Counted from the stretch's first letter, positions 37,159 through 47,366 are shown. The stretch is DNA of 64,000 nucleotides from a bacterium (GCA_965199855.1 OZ241326.1:1696001-1760000); one strand, 5' to 3'. Numbers and translations are program-made. Notes: generated from the sequence alone by a model not told the origin.

Positions 37159-38103
37159 ATGCTGAGCTGGGGGATTGCGGGGCAGCTCCTGTGGACGGGG
37201 CTCGCCGCCGCGACCTATTACTGCCTCTTCGCGGTCGCGTTCGCGCTCGTTCTCAAGGTCAACAAAATATGGAACTTCGCCCAGGCCGGGGTGATGGTGT
37301 TCTCCTACTACGCCCTGCTCGCGGCGTTCCGGCGCTGGGATTTGCCGTTGCTGCCCGCCCTGGCCTTCGGCCTCGCGGTAACGCTCGCCGTCTCGCTCGC
37401 TCTCGAGCGTTGCGCCTTCATGGTTTTCCGCGATCGCAATTCGTCGATCCTGACGCTGTTCATCTTCACCATCGTGTTTTCCGAGTTTTCCGTCTATCTC
37501 ACCGAGCTCGTCTTCGGCACCGAGCCGCAGACGCTCTACGCGAGCCTGCTGTGGCCCGTCGGGTTCTACGCCGGCATCGCGGTGAGTCATTGGGATTTGA
37601 TGGCGATCTCGGTGACGGCGGCGCTGATGCTCGCCCTCTACCTGTTCATCCATCGGACGCGCTACGGACAGCATCTGGTCGCCGTCGCCGACAACGACAG
37701 CCTCGCGGAAATATACGGAATCAGCCGAAAGCGCGCCTACGCCGTTTCGATCTCCATCGCCGCGGTGCTCATCACCGCCGGCATGTATCTTTTCGGAACC
37801 AAGGCGGCGCTGTTTCCCTCCACGCCCCTGCAGCATCTGCTGATCTTCGCCGTCATCGCGACAATTCTCGCCGGCATCGGCAACGTCTTTCGCGCCGGAA
37901 TCGCGGCGGTCGCGCTGGGGCTGATACAGGCCTTCAGCATTCTCGTCATCGCCTCCAAGTGGCAGGCGCTGCTGGCGTATATCCTGATTTTCGTCGTCAT
38001 CATCTTTTTTCCTCGCGGATTCGTCCTGCCGCGCCGGTTGAGAGGCCTGGCGAGGCCGTCGGGCCGCGCGGCTGCGGCGGCCGCCGACGCCGCGGCCGAC
38101 TGA
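37159..38103 (+). CDS. livH: Branched-chain amino acid ABC permease (LivH-like)
   Basis: NFAQ, TRYG..L.AVADN..LA...GI, AGIG; hydrophobic. Confidence 0.82.
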   Translation: MLSWGIAGQLLWTGLAAATYYCLFAVAFALVLKVNKIWNFAQAGVMVFSYYALLAAFRRWDLPLLPALAFGLAVTLAVSLALERCAFMVFRDRNSSILTLFIFTIVFSEFSVYLTELVFGTEPQTLYASLLWPVGFYAGIAVSHWDLMAISVTAALMLALYLFIHRTRYGQHLVAVADNDSLAEIYGISRKRAYAVSISIAAVLITAGMYLFGTKAALFPSTPLQHLLIFAVIATILAGIGNVFRAGIAAVALGLIQAFSILVIASKWQALLAYILIFVVIIFFPRGFVLPRRLRGLARPSGRAAAAAADAAAD

Positions 38104-38110
38104 GCGCGGC

Positions 38111-39025
38111 GTGGAATATCTCCTGACCGTGGTCGTGCTGATCGGGATCAACGTGATCCTCGCCGCGAGCTTCAACCTGATCCTGGGCTACGGCGGCCTG
38201 ATGAGCGTCGCCCACCCCGTCTTCTACGCTATCGGCGCCTATTGCTCCGGCCTGCTGGCGATTCACCTCGGGGTTCCGGTCGCGCTGGCGATCCTGACGG
38301 GCGCACTGGTCGCGACGGCGCTCTCGGTCGGCGTGTCGCTGCCCTCGCTTCGCGTGTCGGGAGATTATCTCGTCATCGCCAGCATCGGCTTCCAGCTGGG
38401 CGTCCTGCACGTCATCAACAACCTCGACTTCACGGGCGCGGCCGGGGGACTGACCAACATTCCGGTGCTGACCGAAGGGCCGGCCCGAAGCCTCGTCTTC
38501 GCGCTGATCGTCGCGGCCGCCGCCGCCGGCTCGGTTCTCCTGGTGGGCTGGATCGTCGAGGGGGACTACGGGCGGGCCATCACCGCCATGCGCAACGACG
38601 AGGAGGCTTTCAGCGCCCTGGGCCGCAGCGCGATAAACGCCAAAATCGTCCTGTTCGCCATCGGTTCGGGCATGGCCGGGCTGGCCGGCGCGCTTTACGC
38701 CCACTACTTCGCCTATGTCACGCCCGAGCAGTTCGGCATCTTCACCTCCGCGGCCCTGCTTACGATGGTGGTCGTGGGCGGTGCCGCCACGACGTGGGGC
38801 CCGCCGGTGGGCGCCGCGCTCCTGACCGCCCTTCCGCAGGGCATCACGTTTCTCGACCTGCCCGTCTCCGTCATGGCGCCGCTCCAGGGCGTCATCTATA
38901 CCTCGCTCGTCATATTTTTTCTCTTCGCGCGGCCCCAGGGACTCATGGGGGGTAGCCGCGGCGGCGGGGGACTCGACGCCTGGAGCGCGAGCGCGGCCTT
39001 CAAGGCGCGGAGGCGGCCGAAATGA
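38111..39025 (+). CDS. livM: Branched-chain amino acid ABC permease (LivM-like)
   Basis: NLILGYGG..S..H..F.AIGAY, LRVSGDYL, GR...AMRNDE, MVVVGG. Confidence 0.85.
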   Translation: MEYLLTVVVLIGINVILAASFNLILGYGGLMSVAHPVFYAIGAYCSGLLAIHLGVPVALAILTGALVATALSVGVSLPSLRVSGDYLVIASIGFQLGVLHVINNLDFTGAAGGLTNIPVLTEGPARSLVFALIVAAAAAGSVLLVGWIVEGDYGRAITAMRNDEEAFSALGRSAINAKIVLFAIGSGMAGLAGALYAHYFAYVTPEQFGIFTSAALLTMVVVGGAATTWGPPVGAALLTALPQGITFLDLPVSVMAPLQGVIYTSLVIFFLFARPQGLMGGSRGGGGLDAWSASAAFKARRRPK

Positions 39026-39780
39026 GCGCGATCATGGAAGTAGAGAAGCTTCGCAAGAGTTTCGGGGGAATCGTGGTTGCGGACGGCGTCAGCCTGAGCC
39101 TGGAGGCGGGGGAGATCGTCGGTCTGATCGGTCCCAACGGCGCGGGGAAAACGTCGCTGTTCAACCTGATCTCCGGGGTGATTCCCCCTGACGCGGGCTC
39201 GATAATCCTGAACGGCCAGCGCGTGGAGCGGATGCCCATGCACCGCCGGGCGCGGATCGGCCTCGCCCGCACCTGGCAGAACACCCGTATGTTTCACTCG
39301 ATGTCGGTGCTCGACAACCTGCTGATAGCGACGCGCCGGTATCCGGGAGAATCCCTGGCGCGCATCATGCTGCGCCGCCGCTCGGTGGACGCCTTTCGCC
39401 GGGACTCGACGCGGAAGGCCGAGGCCCTTCTCGAACGGGTGGGACTCGCGGACAAGACGAACGAAATGGCGGTTGAGCTCTCCTACGGCCAGCAGAAGCG
39501 GATCAGCCTGGCGCGGGCGCTGATGAGCGACGCGGCCTGCCTGCTGCTGGACGAGCCCATGGCGGGCGTCGAGGGACAGACCTACGAGACGATCGTCCGC
39601 GTCATCCGGGAGGAGGCCCGCGCCGGCCGCGCCGTTTGCGTGGTGGAGCACAACATCTCCTTCATCCGCGACATTAGCGACCGGACGGTATTCATGTTCA
39701 ACGGCTGCGTTCTGGCGAGCGGCTCCGTCGATGAACTGACGCGTAGCCGGCAGCTCACGGATCTGTATTTCGGCGCCTGA
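39022..39780 (+). CDS. livG: ABC ATP-binding protein (LivG-like)
   Basis: GPNGAGKTS, ARTWQ, LSYGQQK, LLLDEP, VEH. Confidence 0.88.
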   Translation: MSAIMEVEKLRKSFGGIVVADGVSLSLEAGEIVGLIGPNGAGKTSLFNLISGVIPPDAGSIILNGQRVERMPMHRRARIGLARTWQNTRMFHSMSVLDNLLIATRRYPGESLARIMLRRRSVDAFRRDSTRKAEALLERVGLADKTNEMAVELSYGQQKRISLARALMSDAACLLLDEPMAGVEGQTYETIVRVIREEARAGRAVCVVEHNISFIRDISDRTVFMFNGCVLASGSVDELTRSRQLTDLYFGA

Positions 39781-39813
39781 TTCCGGGCGCTCTCGAGGGA
39801 GCGGGAGAATCCG

Positions 39814-40497
39814 GTGTTTGAAATCCGCGGCCTCACCGCCCGCTACGGCCCGCTGATCGCCGTGAACGGCGTCTCTCTTTCCTTCGGGCCCGGAGAGCGA
39901 ACGGGGATTTTCGGCCATAATGGTTCGGGCAAATCGACGCTGCTCAAATGCCTGGTCGGCGGCCTGAGCGACGTTTCCGGCGAGGTGACCTTCGACGCGG
40001 CGCCCATCGTTCCCGATCAGGTGTATCGCAACGTTATGCTGGGCATCGGTCTGGTGCCGCAGACCCGGAACGTTTTTCCGAACCTCACGGTTGAGCAGAA
40101 CCTTCGCGTCGCAGGCTCGAAGTCCGGTTCCTCGCTTCTGGAGGAGGTCTATGCCCTGTTCCCGCTGCTGCGGGAGCGCCGGGAGCAGCTCGCGGGATCG
40201 ATGAGCGGCGGAGAGCAGCAGATGCTCGCCGTCTCGCTGGCGCTGATGACCCGGCCGCGCGTCCTTCTGCTCGACGAGCCGACCGCCGGCCTCGCTCCGG
40301 CGGTCGTGAAGGACGTGCTGGAGTCGGTTTCCCGCGTCAACCGGGAGCTTGGCACCGGGCTGATCATCGTCGAGCAGAACGTGCTCGCCGCGCTGGAGAT
40401 CGTGAGCCGCGCGATAGTGCTGAAGGGCGGTCGCGTCGCGTTCGACGGCCCCGGCGAGGAGTTGCGGGCGAAAGAGGATTTGTGGGCCTGGTTCTGA
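39814..40497 (+). CDS. livF: ABC ATP-binding protein (LivF-like)
   Basis: GHNGSGKST, MSGGEQQMLA, LLDEPTAGLAP, VEQN. Confidence 0.88.
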   Translation: MFEIRGLTARYGPLIAVNGVSLSFGPGERTGIFGHNGSGKSTLLKCLVGGLSDVSGEVTFDAAPIVPDQVYRNVMLGIGLVPQTRNVFPNLTVEQNLRVAGSKSGSSLLEEVYALFPLLRERREQLAGSMSGGEQQMLAVSLALMTRPRVLLLDEPTAGLAPAVVKDVLESVSRVNRELGTGLIIVEQNVLAALEIVSRAIVLKGGRVAFDGPGEELRAKEDLWAWF

Positions 40498-40545
40498 GCG
40501 GGCGGGAGGAGCCTTTTCGGAACGGCGGAGAAGGCGCGGCCGCCC

Positions 40546-41919
40546 TCACGGCTTCATGCCGATGGCCTCAATTTGCACCAGCGCGTCCGAAACCGGGCCG
40601 GGGCCATGCACGATCACGCACTCGAACGCGGGGAGATTCTCGTCGAGGAAGGTCTCGCGGACCGCTTCATAGACCCGCAGGTCCTCCGGCTCCGACAGAT
40701 AGACCGTCGTCTTGACGAGGTCCGCCAGCTCCATCTCGGCCGCGGCGGCGGCCTCGCGCAGCCGCTCCCACGCCATCCAGCACTGCGCGGCGAGTCCCGG
40801 ACGCCGCTCATCCTCCCGCAGCCGCGACACGGCGCGACGCCCCGCCTCCGGGAGCGCCTCCGCGCTTCGCGAGATCGTCCCCGCCGCATCTACGCCCGGC
40901 GTCCCGGAAAAGAAGAGCAGGGGCCCCGCTCGCGTGACGGCGGGGGCGGCGAAGGGCGCCGTCCCCGGCCACGGGATGGATTGGCGGACGAGTCCGCCGC
41001 TCTTCTCCATGACGGTGACCTCGATTTCGACGCGCGTGCCGCGGTGTCCCACCTCGTCGAACCCCACGACGCAGAGCGACGGACGGGTTTCGGGGAAGAA
41101 ATGGGCGTGCACTCGATGGAAGGTCGGGAAATCGCGCAGATCGCCCAGAAAAACCGTCGCGTGGATGACGTCTTCGAGCGCCATGCCGCCGCCCTCGAGC
41201 GTGCGGCGTACCTCGTGGTAGATGTACCAGGACTGCGAGGCGATCGGGCCATGCCGGCTGTCCGGATGGCTGCGCCCCGTCGCCAGGAAGCGGCCTTCTT
41301 CAGGAATGTCGGCGTAGGAGTTGACGAGCGGCATCCCGGGCTCGGCGGTCTTGATGGCGATATGGCCGGCGAGGAAGGCGAACGGGCCCGATCTTATCGC
41401 CTGCGAGTAGTGCGAGGCCGAAGGCAGGTCCGGGTTATAGACGTCCGTCAGAACCTCGCGGTCGCCGAATACGCCGCCGTTTTCCGGGCAGACGGCGATG
41501 GCGTCGATCCCGATCCAGCAGTCCGTGCGCCCGGCGACGGATTTCACCCCCAGGCCGCTGCTGGGCGCGGGCGTGGGCTGCCAGTGCACGCGGATGTGCT
41601 CGTAGCTGGGGAAAAAGCGCTTGTCGCGCTGCCAGATGTGCTGGCGCAGCACCTGATCGCCGCGCGTTCCGGCCGCGGAGAGAACTTTTTCGAGGCTGTC
41701 GTGGACCGCCCAGGAGTCGGCGCTGACCCGGCCTTCCATGAGGTCGGGCAGGTGATAGCCCTGCATCTGTTCGCGCCCCGCCTCCGGCAGATCCGCGAAT
41801 CCCGCCGGGCCGCCGGGCCGCAGTCCTGATATGAACAGAAGCTCGCCGGCCCTGACCGCCGTTGGATAGGGCGGAAAAGCGCAGGCGACGGTCTCACAGG
41901 CAATCGGGGTCTTTTTCAT
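40546..41919 (-). CDS. Protein with three tandem RidA/YjgF-like domains
   Basis: Three units, each starting A(V/I)R.G..(L/F)F.(S/A)G and ending IGIDAIA, VEIEVTV or VQIEAIG; start 41919 or 41928. Confidence 0.8.
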   Translation of the reverse strand: MKKTPIACETVACAFPPYPTAVRAGELLFISGLRPGGPAGFADLPEAGREQMQGYHLPDLMEGRVSADSWAVHDSLEKVLSAAGTRGDQVLRQHIWQRDKRFFPSYEHIRVHWQPTPAPSSGLGVKSVAGRTDCWIGIDAIAVCPENGGVFGDREVLTDVYNPDLPSASHYSQAIRSGPFAFLAGHIAIKTAEPGMPLVNSYADIPEEGRFLATGRSHPDSRHGPIASQSWYIYHEVRRTLEGGGMALEDVIHATVFLGDLRDFPTFHRVHAHFFPETRPSLCVVGFDEVGHRGTRVEIEVTVMEKSGGLVRQSIPWPGTAPFAAPAVTRAGPLLFFSGTPGVDAAGTISRSAEALPEAGRRAVSRLREDERRPGLAAQCWMAWERLREAAAAAEMELADLVKTTVYLSEPEDLRVYEAVRETFLDENLPAFECVIVHGPGPVSDALVQIEAIGMKP

Positions 41920-41964
41920 CCTTGACAAGTCCTCCGCGGCCCGGCCGCGCGGCGGGCGAGGCGG

Positions 41965-42726
41965 CTACATCGCCAGCGTCCCGCCGTCGCACGAAATGAA
42001 GGCGCCGTTCATGAAGTCGTTCTCCTCGGAGACGAGGAAGAGCGAGACTTCGGCCATCTCCTCGGGGCTGGCGAAGCGGTTCACGGGAATGCGGGGCAGC
42101 TTCGCCCTGGCGCGCTCGGGCTCGTCGACGTGTATCCGCCGCACGCGCTCGCTCTCGGTGGTGCCCGGCATGAGGCAGTTGACGCGCAGGCCCATGGGGC
42201 CGAGCTCCACGGCCAGCGCCCGCGTCAGGTTGTGCATCGAGGTCTTGGTGGCGCAGTAGAGCGCGTTGCCGGAGACGCCGCGCTCGCCGTCGATGGAGCC
42301 GATCATCAGGATTCTGCCCCTGCCCCGGGGCGCCATGGCCCGCGCCGCCTCGCGCGTGGCGATGAAAACGGATTTCGCGTTGACTTCGTAGAGATCGTCG
42401 ATCTCCTCGTCCGTGAAGTCCAGGAAGCGCTTGTGCCCCCGCATGGCGGCGCAGTTCACCAGGACGTCAAGGCCGCCCAGCCGCGCCAGGCCGTCGCGCA
42501 CGAGGTCGTTCGCCTTTCCCGAATCCCTGAGGTCGTAGCACCGGCCGTCGATGCGGCCGCCTCCCGCCCCGCAGTCGGCGATGAGCTTCTCGAGGCGCTC
42601 CCGGTTGAAGCCGCCCGCCGCCCAGAGGGACGCGCCCTCCGCGCTGAACCTGCGCGCGATGGCCGCCCCGATGCCGGAGGAGGCGCCCGTGATGATGACC
42701 CTCTTTCCCGCCAGCCTGCCCGCCAT
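41965..42726 (-). CDS. Classical SDR oxidoreductase
   Basis: TGASSGIG, VNCA, YCATK, VNCLMPG. Confidence 0.9.
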   Translation of the reverse strand: MAGRLAGKRVIITGASSGIGAAIARRFSAEGASLWAAGGFNRERLEKLIADCGAGGGRIDGRCYDLRDSGKANDLVRDGLARLGGLDVLVNCAAMRGHKRFLDFTDEEIDDLYEVNAKSVFIATREAARAMAPRGRGRILMIGSIDGERGVSGNALYCATKTSMHNLTRALAVELGPMGLRVNCLMPGTTESERVRRIHVDEPERARAKLPRIPVNRFASPEEMAEVSLFLVSEENDFMNGAFISCDGGTLAM

Positions 42727-42749
42727 GCCTTCCTCCCCTGCGTGAAGAA

Positions 42750-43637
42750 TCAGCCTTCCTCGTCCGGCAGCAGCGCGGACTCCCCCAGCGAGCGCGGGTC
42801 GCGCGTCGGCCATCGGCCGGCGTCCACCTCGGTGATGAAGTCGAGAACGATCCGGTTGAACATGGCGGGCTCCTCGAGATTGATGAGGTGGCCCGCGTTC
42901 GGGAAGGTGACGAGGGCGGCCGTCGGAATCGCGCGCTTCATGAACAGGGCGGGCTCCAGGCAGGGATAGTCCTCGTCTCCCGTGAGGATGAGCGTGGGCA
43001 CGGCGCAGCTCTTCATCGACTCCTCGAGCTCATAGACGGAGGGCCGCGCGCTCTGCACCCCGCGCATCGTGTTGGCGCAGCCCAGGGGGGAGTGGCTCAT
43101 GAAGTGGTCGATGAATTTCCGGTAGGCGAGGGCGTCCTTGCGCTTGAGCTGCATCCGGGTGGGGCCTGCGGTATAGACGGGGCCGAAGCCCTCCATGCCC
43201 TCGTTCAGAAACCGGTCGGCCACCTCGTTCGCCTCTTTCTGAAACCGCGCGCGCCCGTCGGGCTCGGAGCCGTAGCCGCACCCGGCCACGACGATGGAGC
43301 GGGCGAGCTCCGGGTGGCGCAGCCCCAGGTGGAGGCTCGCGTAGCCGCCCATCGAGAGGCCCACGACGTGGGCGGGGGCGAGGTTCAGCCCCCGGATGAG
43401 GCCGGCCAGGTCGTCCACGGCGATGTCCTGGCCGTATTGCCCCGGGTCCTCGGGCACCTCGGAGGGCGGGAAGCCCCTGGCGTTGTAGGCGACGACCCTG
43501 TATCTGCGGTTGAAATACCGCGTCTGATCCTCCCAGCTGCGGCAGTCGCCCGCGAATTCATGGACGAAGACGATGGGCGCGCCCTCGCCGCTGGCTTCGT
43601 AATGCAGGCTGACGCCGTTCGTTTTCAGTTCGGGCAT
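42750..43637 (-). CDS. Alpha/beta fold hydrolase
   Basis: LHYEASGEG, FVHEFAG, ARGFPPS, GLSMGG nucleophile elbow, GDED, GHLINLEEP; true start is the ATG at 43637. Confidence 0.9.
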   Translation of the reverse strand: MPELKTNGVSLHYEASGEGAPIVFVHEFAGDCRSWEDQTRYFNRRYRVVAYNARGFPPSEVPEDPGQYGQDIAVDDLAGLIRGLNLAPAHVVGLSMGGYASLHLGLRHPELARSIVVAGCGYGSEPDGRARFQKEANEVADRFLNEGMEGFGPVYTAGPTRMQLKRKDALAYRKFIDHFMSHSPLGCANTMRGVQSARPSVYELEESMKSCAVPTLILTGDEDYPCLEPALFMKRAIPTAALVTFPNAGHLINLEEPAMFNRIVLDFITEVDAGRWPTRDPRSLGESALLPDEEG

Positions 43638-43943
43638 GGCGTTTCCCTCGCAGGATGGCGCGCGAGCGCGCGGTTCGCCTCTCATGGACGGGTCAAAACT
43701 ACGGGAGAACGGGGAAAATGACAACGCGCGGCGGCGCGTTGTCCCGCGCTTTCGCCCCGCCGCCCCGCTTTGCCGGCGATCTTCCCGGGGGCGGGGTTGC
43801 TTTCCGCGCGCCCCTGGCGCATCATAACGCGAACGATTGACCCGGCCCCGGCTTGACAGGCCCGCCCGAGCGAAAGCATAACTGCCCGAAGCGAAACTCC
43901 GGGATTCTGTCCTGACGCGCTGCCTCACCATGGGGGAACACAC

Positions 43944-45350
43944 TTGTCCACGGCTCAGAAGAAGCCCAGCCTCGCCATTCACAGAAAAGAGGAGCGCAAG
44001 CTCCAGTGGGAGACGATTTTCATCATCGGCCTGATTCACCTGCTCGCCCTGATGGCGTTCGACGCGGACTACTTCAGCGTCTCCGGCCTCGTGGTGGGCG
44101 TCGTCATGTACTTCGTGGCGGGGATGCTGGGGGTGACCATCTGCTATCACCGCCTCCTGACGCACCGCAGCTTCCAGACGCGCAAGCCGATAGAGTATTT
44201 CCTGACGTTCTGCGCCTGCCAGGCGCTCCAGAGCGGCCCCATCGAGTGGGTGGCGATGCACCGCATCCACCACAAGGAGTCGGACGAGGAGCCCGACCCC
44301 CACTCCCCGCTCGTGAGCTTCCTGTGGGCGCACGCCGGCTGGCTTTTCGTCAGCCTGCCGGACGCGCACACCTACGAGGAGTATTCGCGCTTCGCCAGGG
44401 ATTTGCACCGGGACCGGTGGCACCGCTTCTTCAACCGCTACTTCTTCGTGATTTACCTCGCGACGGCGGCGGCCATCTACCTCGCCGGCGAGCTCTACGG
44501 CGGCCTGGGAACGTCCTGGCTCGTCTGGGGCGTATTCGTGCGGACGGTCTTCCTGTGGCACAACACCTGGGCGGTGAATTCGGTGACGCACACCTTCGGC
44601 TACCGCAACTACGACACCGACGAGGAGAGCACGAACAACTGGCTCGTCGCGCTCCTCTCCTTCGGCGAGGGGTGGCACAACAACCACCACGCGGACCAGC
44701 GCTCGGCGGCGCACGGCCAGCGGTGGTTCGAGGTCGATATCACCTACCGCTTCATCAAGGCCATGGAGTTCTTCGGCCTGGCGTGGCGGGTGATGGAGCC
44801 GCGCCAGCGGGTGGTGGCGAAGCGGCTCGACATCATGGTGGACGAGGAGGCGGTGCGCGCCGCCGACGCCAGAGGGCCGGCTTCGGCGGAGGCGCGCCCC
44901 GAAACGCTTCACACGATGACCGACCCGACGCTCCCCCTCCAGGTGCCGCAGATGCCCTCGCTGGCGGAGGCGAGCGAGGCGGCGGCGAAGTCGGCGCAGC
45001 GGGCGATGGAATCCGTGGACGCGGCGCTCGCCCACGCCGCCGACGCCCTCCGGCACAAGAAGGACGAGGCCGACCAGGCCGTTCGCCAGATGCTGGAGAA
45101 GGGCAAGGACCTGGCGATGGCGGCCGTCGAGCAGGCGAAATACGCGGCGGACGAGGCCGTCGAGTTCTCCGCCCAGGCGAGCGCGTATCTGGCGGACGCG
45201 AAGGAGGGGGCGGTGGAGTCCGCCCATCAGGCGGCCGAGAGGGCGAAGTCGCTCGCGCAGGAGGCGGCCGAGGCGGCCTCGAAGGCGGCCGACGAAACCG
45301 CGCGCGCGTTCAAGGGGGTCGAGAGGCCCGTCATCACCTCGACGATATAG
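43944..45350 (+). CDS. Acyl-CoA (delta-9-type) fatty acid desaturase with an Ala/Glu-rich C-terminal extension
   Basis: His boxes HRLLTHRS, HRIHH, GEGWHNNHH; DPHSP; C-terminal helical repeat tail. Confidence 0.9.
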   Translation: MSTAQKKPSLAIHRKEERKLQWETIFIIGLIHLLALMAFDADYFSVSGLVVGVVMYFVAGMLGVTICYHRLLTHRSFQTRKPIEYFLTFCACQALQSGPIEWVAMHRIHHKESDEEPDPHSPLVSFLWAHAGWLFVSLPDAHTYEEYSRFARDLHRDRWHRFFNRYFFVIYLATAAAIYLAGELYGGLGTSWLVWGVFVRTVFLWHNTWAVNSVTHTFGYRNYDTDEESTNNWLVALLSFGEGWHNNHHADQRSAAHGQRWFEVDITYRFIKAMEFFGLAWRVMEPRQRVVAKRLDIMVDEEAVRAADARGPASAEARPETLHTMTDPTLPLQVPQMPSLAEASEAAAKSAQRAMESVDAALAHAADALRHKKDEADQAVRQMLEKGKDLAMAAVEQAKYAADEAVEFSAQASAYLADAKEGAVESAHQAAERAKSLAQEAAEAASKAADETARAFKGVERPVITSTI

Positions 45351-45354
45351 ACGC

Positions 45355-45393
45355 CGCGAAAAAGCCGGAGCGCGCCGCTTCGGCTTTTTCGCG
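45355..45393. terminator. Strong hairpin / intrinsic terminator after the desaturase
   Basis: CGCGAAAAAGCCGGAGCG-cgc-CGCTTCGGCTTTTTCGCG inverted repeat immediately after the stop. Confidence 0.7.
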
Positions 45394-45587
45394 CCTCCCC
45401 GGCCGCGCCTCGAGCCGGGGGAAGTCCCGACGCCGGGATTCGCGGCTCCCGGATCGAGACTCTCTCCTCCGGCGGTTTTTCGAGAGAAGCCGGCTTGCTT
45501 TCGAGCGCGGGGCGCGCCCCGCCTGTTTGACGATGGGTTTTTCGACGGCGCGCGGCGGACGCCGCGCATCCTGGAGGGCCAAGGGCC

Positions 45588-46625
45588 ATGAGCGAAGCGA
45601 ACGAGGACCAGTTGCTGAAAGACCTGAAAATCTACTACGACGCCGACGCTGACCTGAACCTGCTGCAGAACAGAAAGATCGCCGTCATCGGCTACGGGAG
45701 CCAGGGGCGCGCCCACGCGCTGAACCTCCAGGACAGCGGCGCGGACGTCGTCGTGGGCCTGCGGAAGTCCTCTCCCCGCTGGAAGCAGGCGGAGGAGGAG
45801 GGCCTCGAGGTGATGGAGACGGCGGAGGCGGCGAAGGCGGGGGCGCTGGTGGTCATCCTCACGCAGGATCATCTCCAGCCCGCGATCTGGAAGGAGGACA
45901 TCGCCCCCGGCATGAAGGACGGCGACGCCCTCGTGGTCGCCCACGGCTTCAACCTGAACTACGGGCAGATTCTTCCGCCGGACAACATCGACGTCGTGAT
46001 GATCGCCCCCAAGAGCCCGGGCCACACCATGCGCTTCCAGTATGAGGACGGGCGCGGGGTGCCGGGCCTCGTGGCCGTCTTCCAGGACGCCACGGGGAAG
46101 GCGAGGGACTACGCCCTGGCCTACGGCAAGGCGGTGGGCTGCGCCCGCGCCGGCATCATCGAGACGACCATCGAGGAGGAGACCGAAACCGACCTCTTCG
46201 GCGAGCAGGCCGTGCTGTGCGGCGGCATCACCGAGCTGATTCGCGTGGCGTTCGAGACGCTCGTGGAGGCGGGCTACCAGCCCGCGCTGGCCTATTTCGA
46301 GTGCCTGCACGAGGTGAAGCTGATTACCGACCTCATCTACCAGGGCGGCATCACCATGATGCGCTACTCGGTTTCGGACACCGCCGAGTACGGCGACATC
46401 ACGCGGGGCAAGGTCGTCATCGACGACGCGACCCGCGAGCGGATGCGGGGCATCCTCAAGGACATCCAGACCGGGAAGTTCGCCAGCGAGTGGATCAACG
46501 AGAACATGGTGAACCGGCCGACCTTCAACACGGTGGTGCGCAAGGAGAAGGAGCACGCCATCGAGGTGGTCGGCCGCCGTCTGCGCGCGATGATGCCCTG
46601 GATCGAGGAGCGGGCGGTGAGGTAG
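45588..46625 (+). CDS. ilvC: Ketol-acid reductoisomerase (class I)
   Basis: [56 protein letters not shown]. Confidence 0.97.
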   Translation: MSEANEDQLLKDLKIYYDADADLNLLQNRKIAVIGYGSQGRAHALNLQDSGADVVVGLRKSSPRWKQAEEEGLEVMETAEAAKAGALVVILTQDHLQPAIWKEDIAPGMKDGDALVVAHGFNLNYGQILPPDNIDVVMIAPKSPGHTMRFQYEDGRGVPGLVAVFQDATGKARDYALAYGKAVGCARAGIIETTIEEETETDLFGEQAVLCGGITELIRVAFETLVEAGYQPALAYFECLHEVKLITDLIYQGGITMMRYSVSDTAEYGDITRGKVVIDDATRERMRGILKDIQTGKFASEWINENMVNRPTFNTVVRKEKEHAIEVVGRRLRAMMPWIEERAVR

Positions 46626-46684
46626 GGGGATATTTTCGGGAGGGGCGACCCGCTCCGCGCGGCCCGCCGCTCCGCCGCCTTGCC

Positions 46685-46745
46685 CGGGCGGTTCGGGGAA
46701 GCCCCCCGCGGCCGTCCTTTCGTAGGGGCGGTTCGGGAACCGCCC
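46685..46745. repeat. GTAG-type REP-like palindromes (degenerate)
   Basis: GTAGGGGCGGTTCGGGAACCGCCC at 46722-46745 and the related GGGCGGTTCGGGGAAGCCCC at about 46686. Confidence 0.5.
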
Positions 46746-47366
46746 GCTTTCGAGGGCGTTCGCGTCGGAAAAAGGGGGCGAGAACGCTCCCCGAGGGGAG
46801 GGCGGCGTCGGGTCGCCGGGACGCCTTCCATTCCCGCCTTCGCTCTCCGGCCCCGTCACAAAGTTCGCGGGGGGAGGAGGGGACTTTTCGGGCGTCCGGA
46901 GAGGTTCCGCGCGCGCCGCGAAAGCCGCGGATGAACGTCTGCGAATTTCGACAAAAACAGACAAATTCACGGCCTTATCCTGCAAATACGCAGCTGTTTT
47001 CCACCCTTTTTCCACCCTTTTGACGCCCTCTTTTGCTCCCCGATTCGCCGCCTTCTTTCTCCCCGCGGGCGCATCTCTCCCGCGTCCGGGAATGTATCGC
47101 AGGCCGACCCGCTCCCACAGCCGCAAATGCGGGCAGATGCGGGCAAACGCGCGCGACTGTCATTTTCGGGGCGCGATTTTTCGGCGAGAAGCCTCTTTTT
47201 CGAGGCGATCCGCGCCCTTCCGGTGAGGCTTTCGCCCGGTTTTCAGGGGCGACCCGCCGGCTTCTCGCCGGATGAGGCGGCGCGGCGCCCTTCGTCTCGC
47301 TTGAAAGAAGCGGGCGGACGGCGTATTCTTGCGGAACGCTTGTCGCTCGCCGCCGCGAGGGGACGG

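Noticed and set aside
35911-41919. Possible horizontally acquired island (Liv operon + triple RidA)
   Set aside because: Codon style looks slightly different by eye, but there is no integrase, tRNA or flanking repeat and I cannot compute composition.
46997-47021. DnaA boxes / replication origin
   Set aside because: TTTTCCACC differs from TTATCCACA at two positions, there are only two copies, and no dnaA/dnaN/gidA context or clear unwinding element.
42750-47126. 1458-aa minus-strand ORF
   Set aside because: Only the last 295 aa (alpha/beta hydrolase, start 43637) look real. The rest is antisense to the desaturase and ilvC and has shadow-ORF composition.
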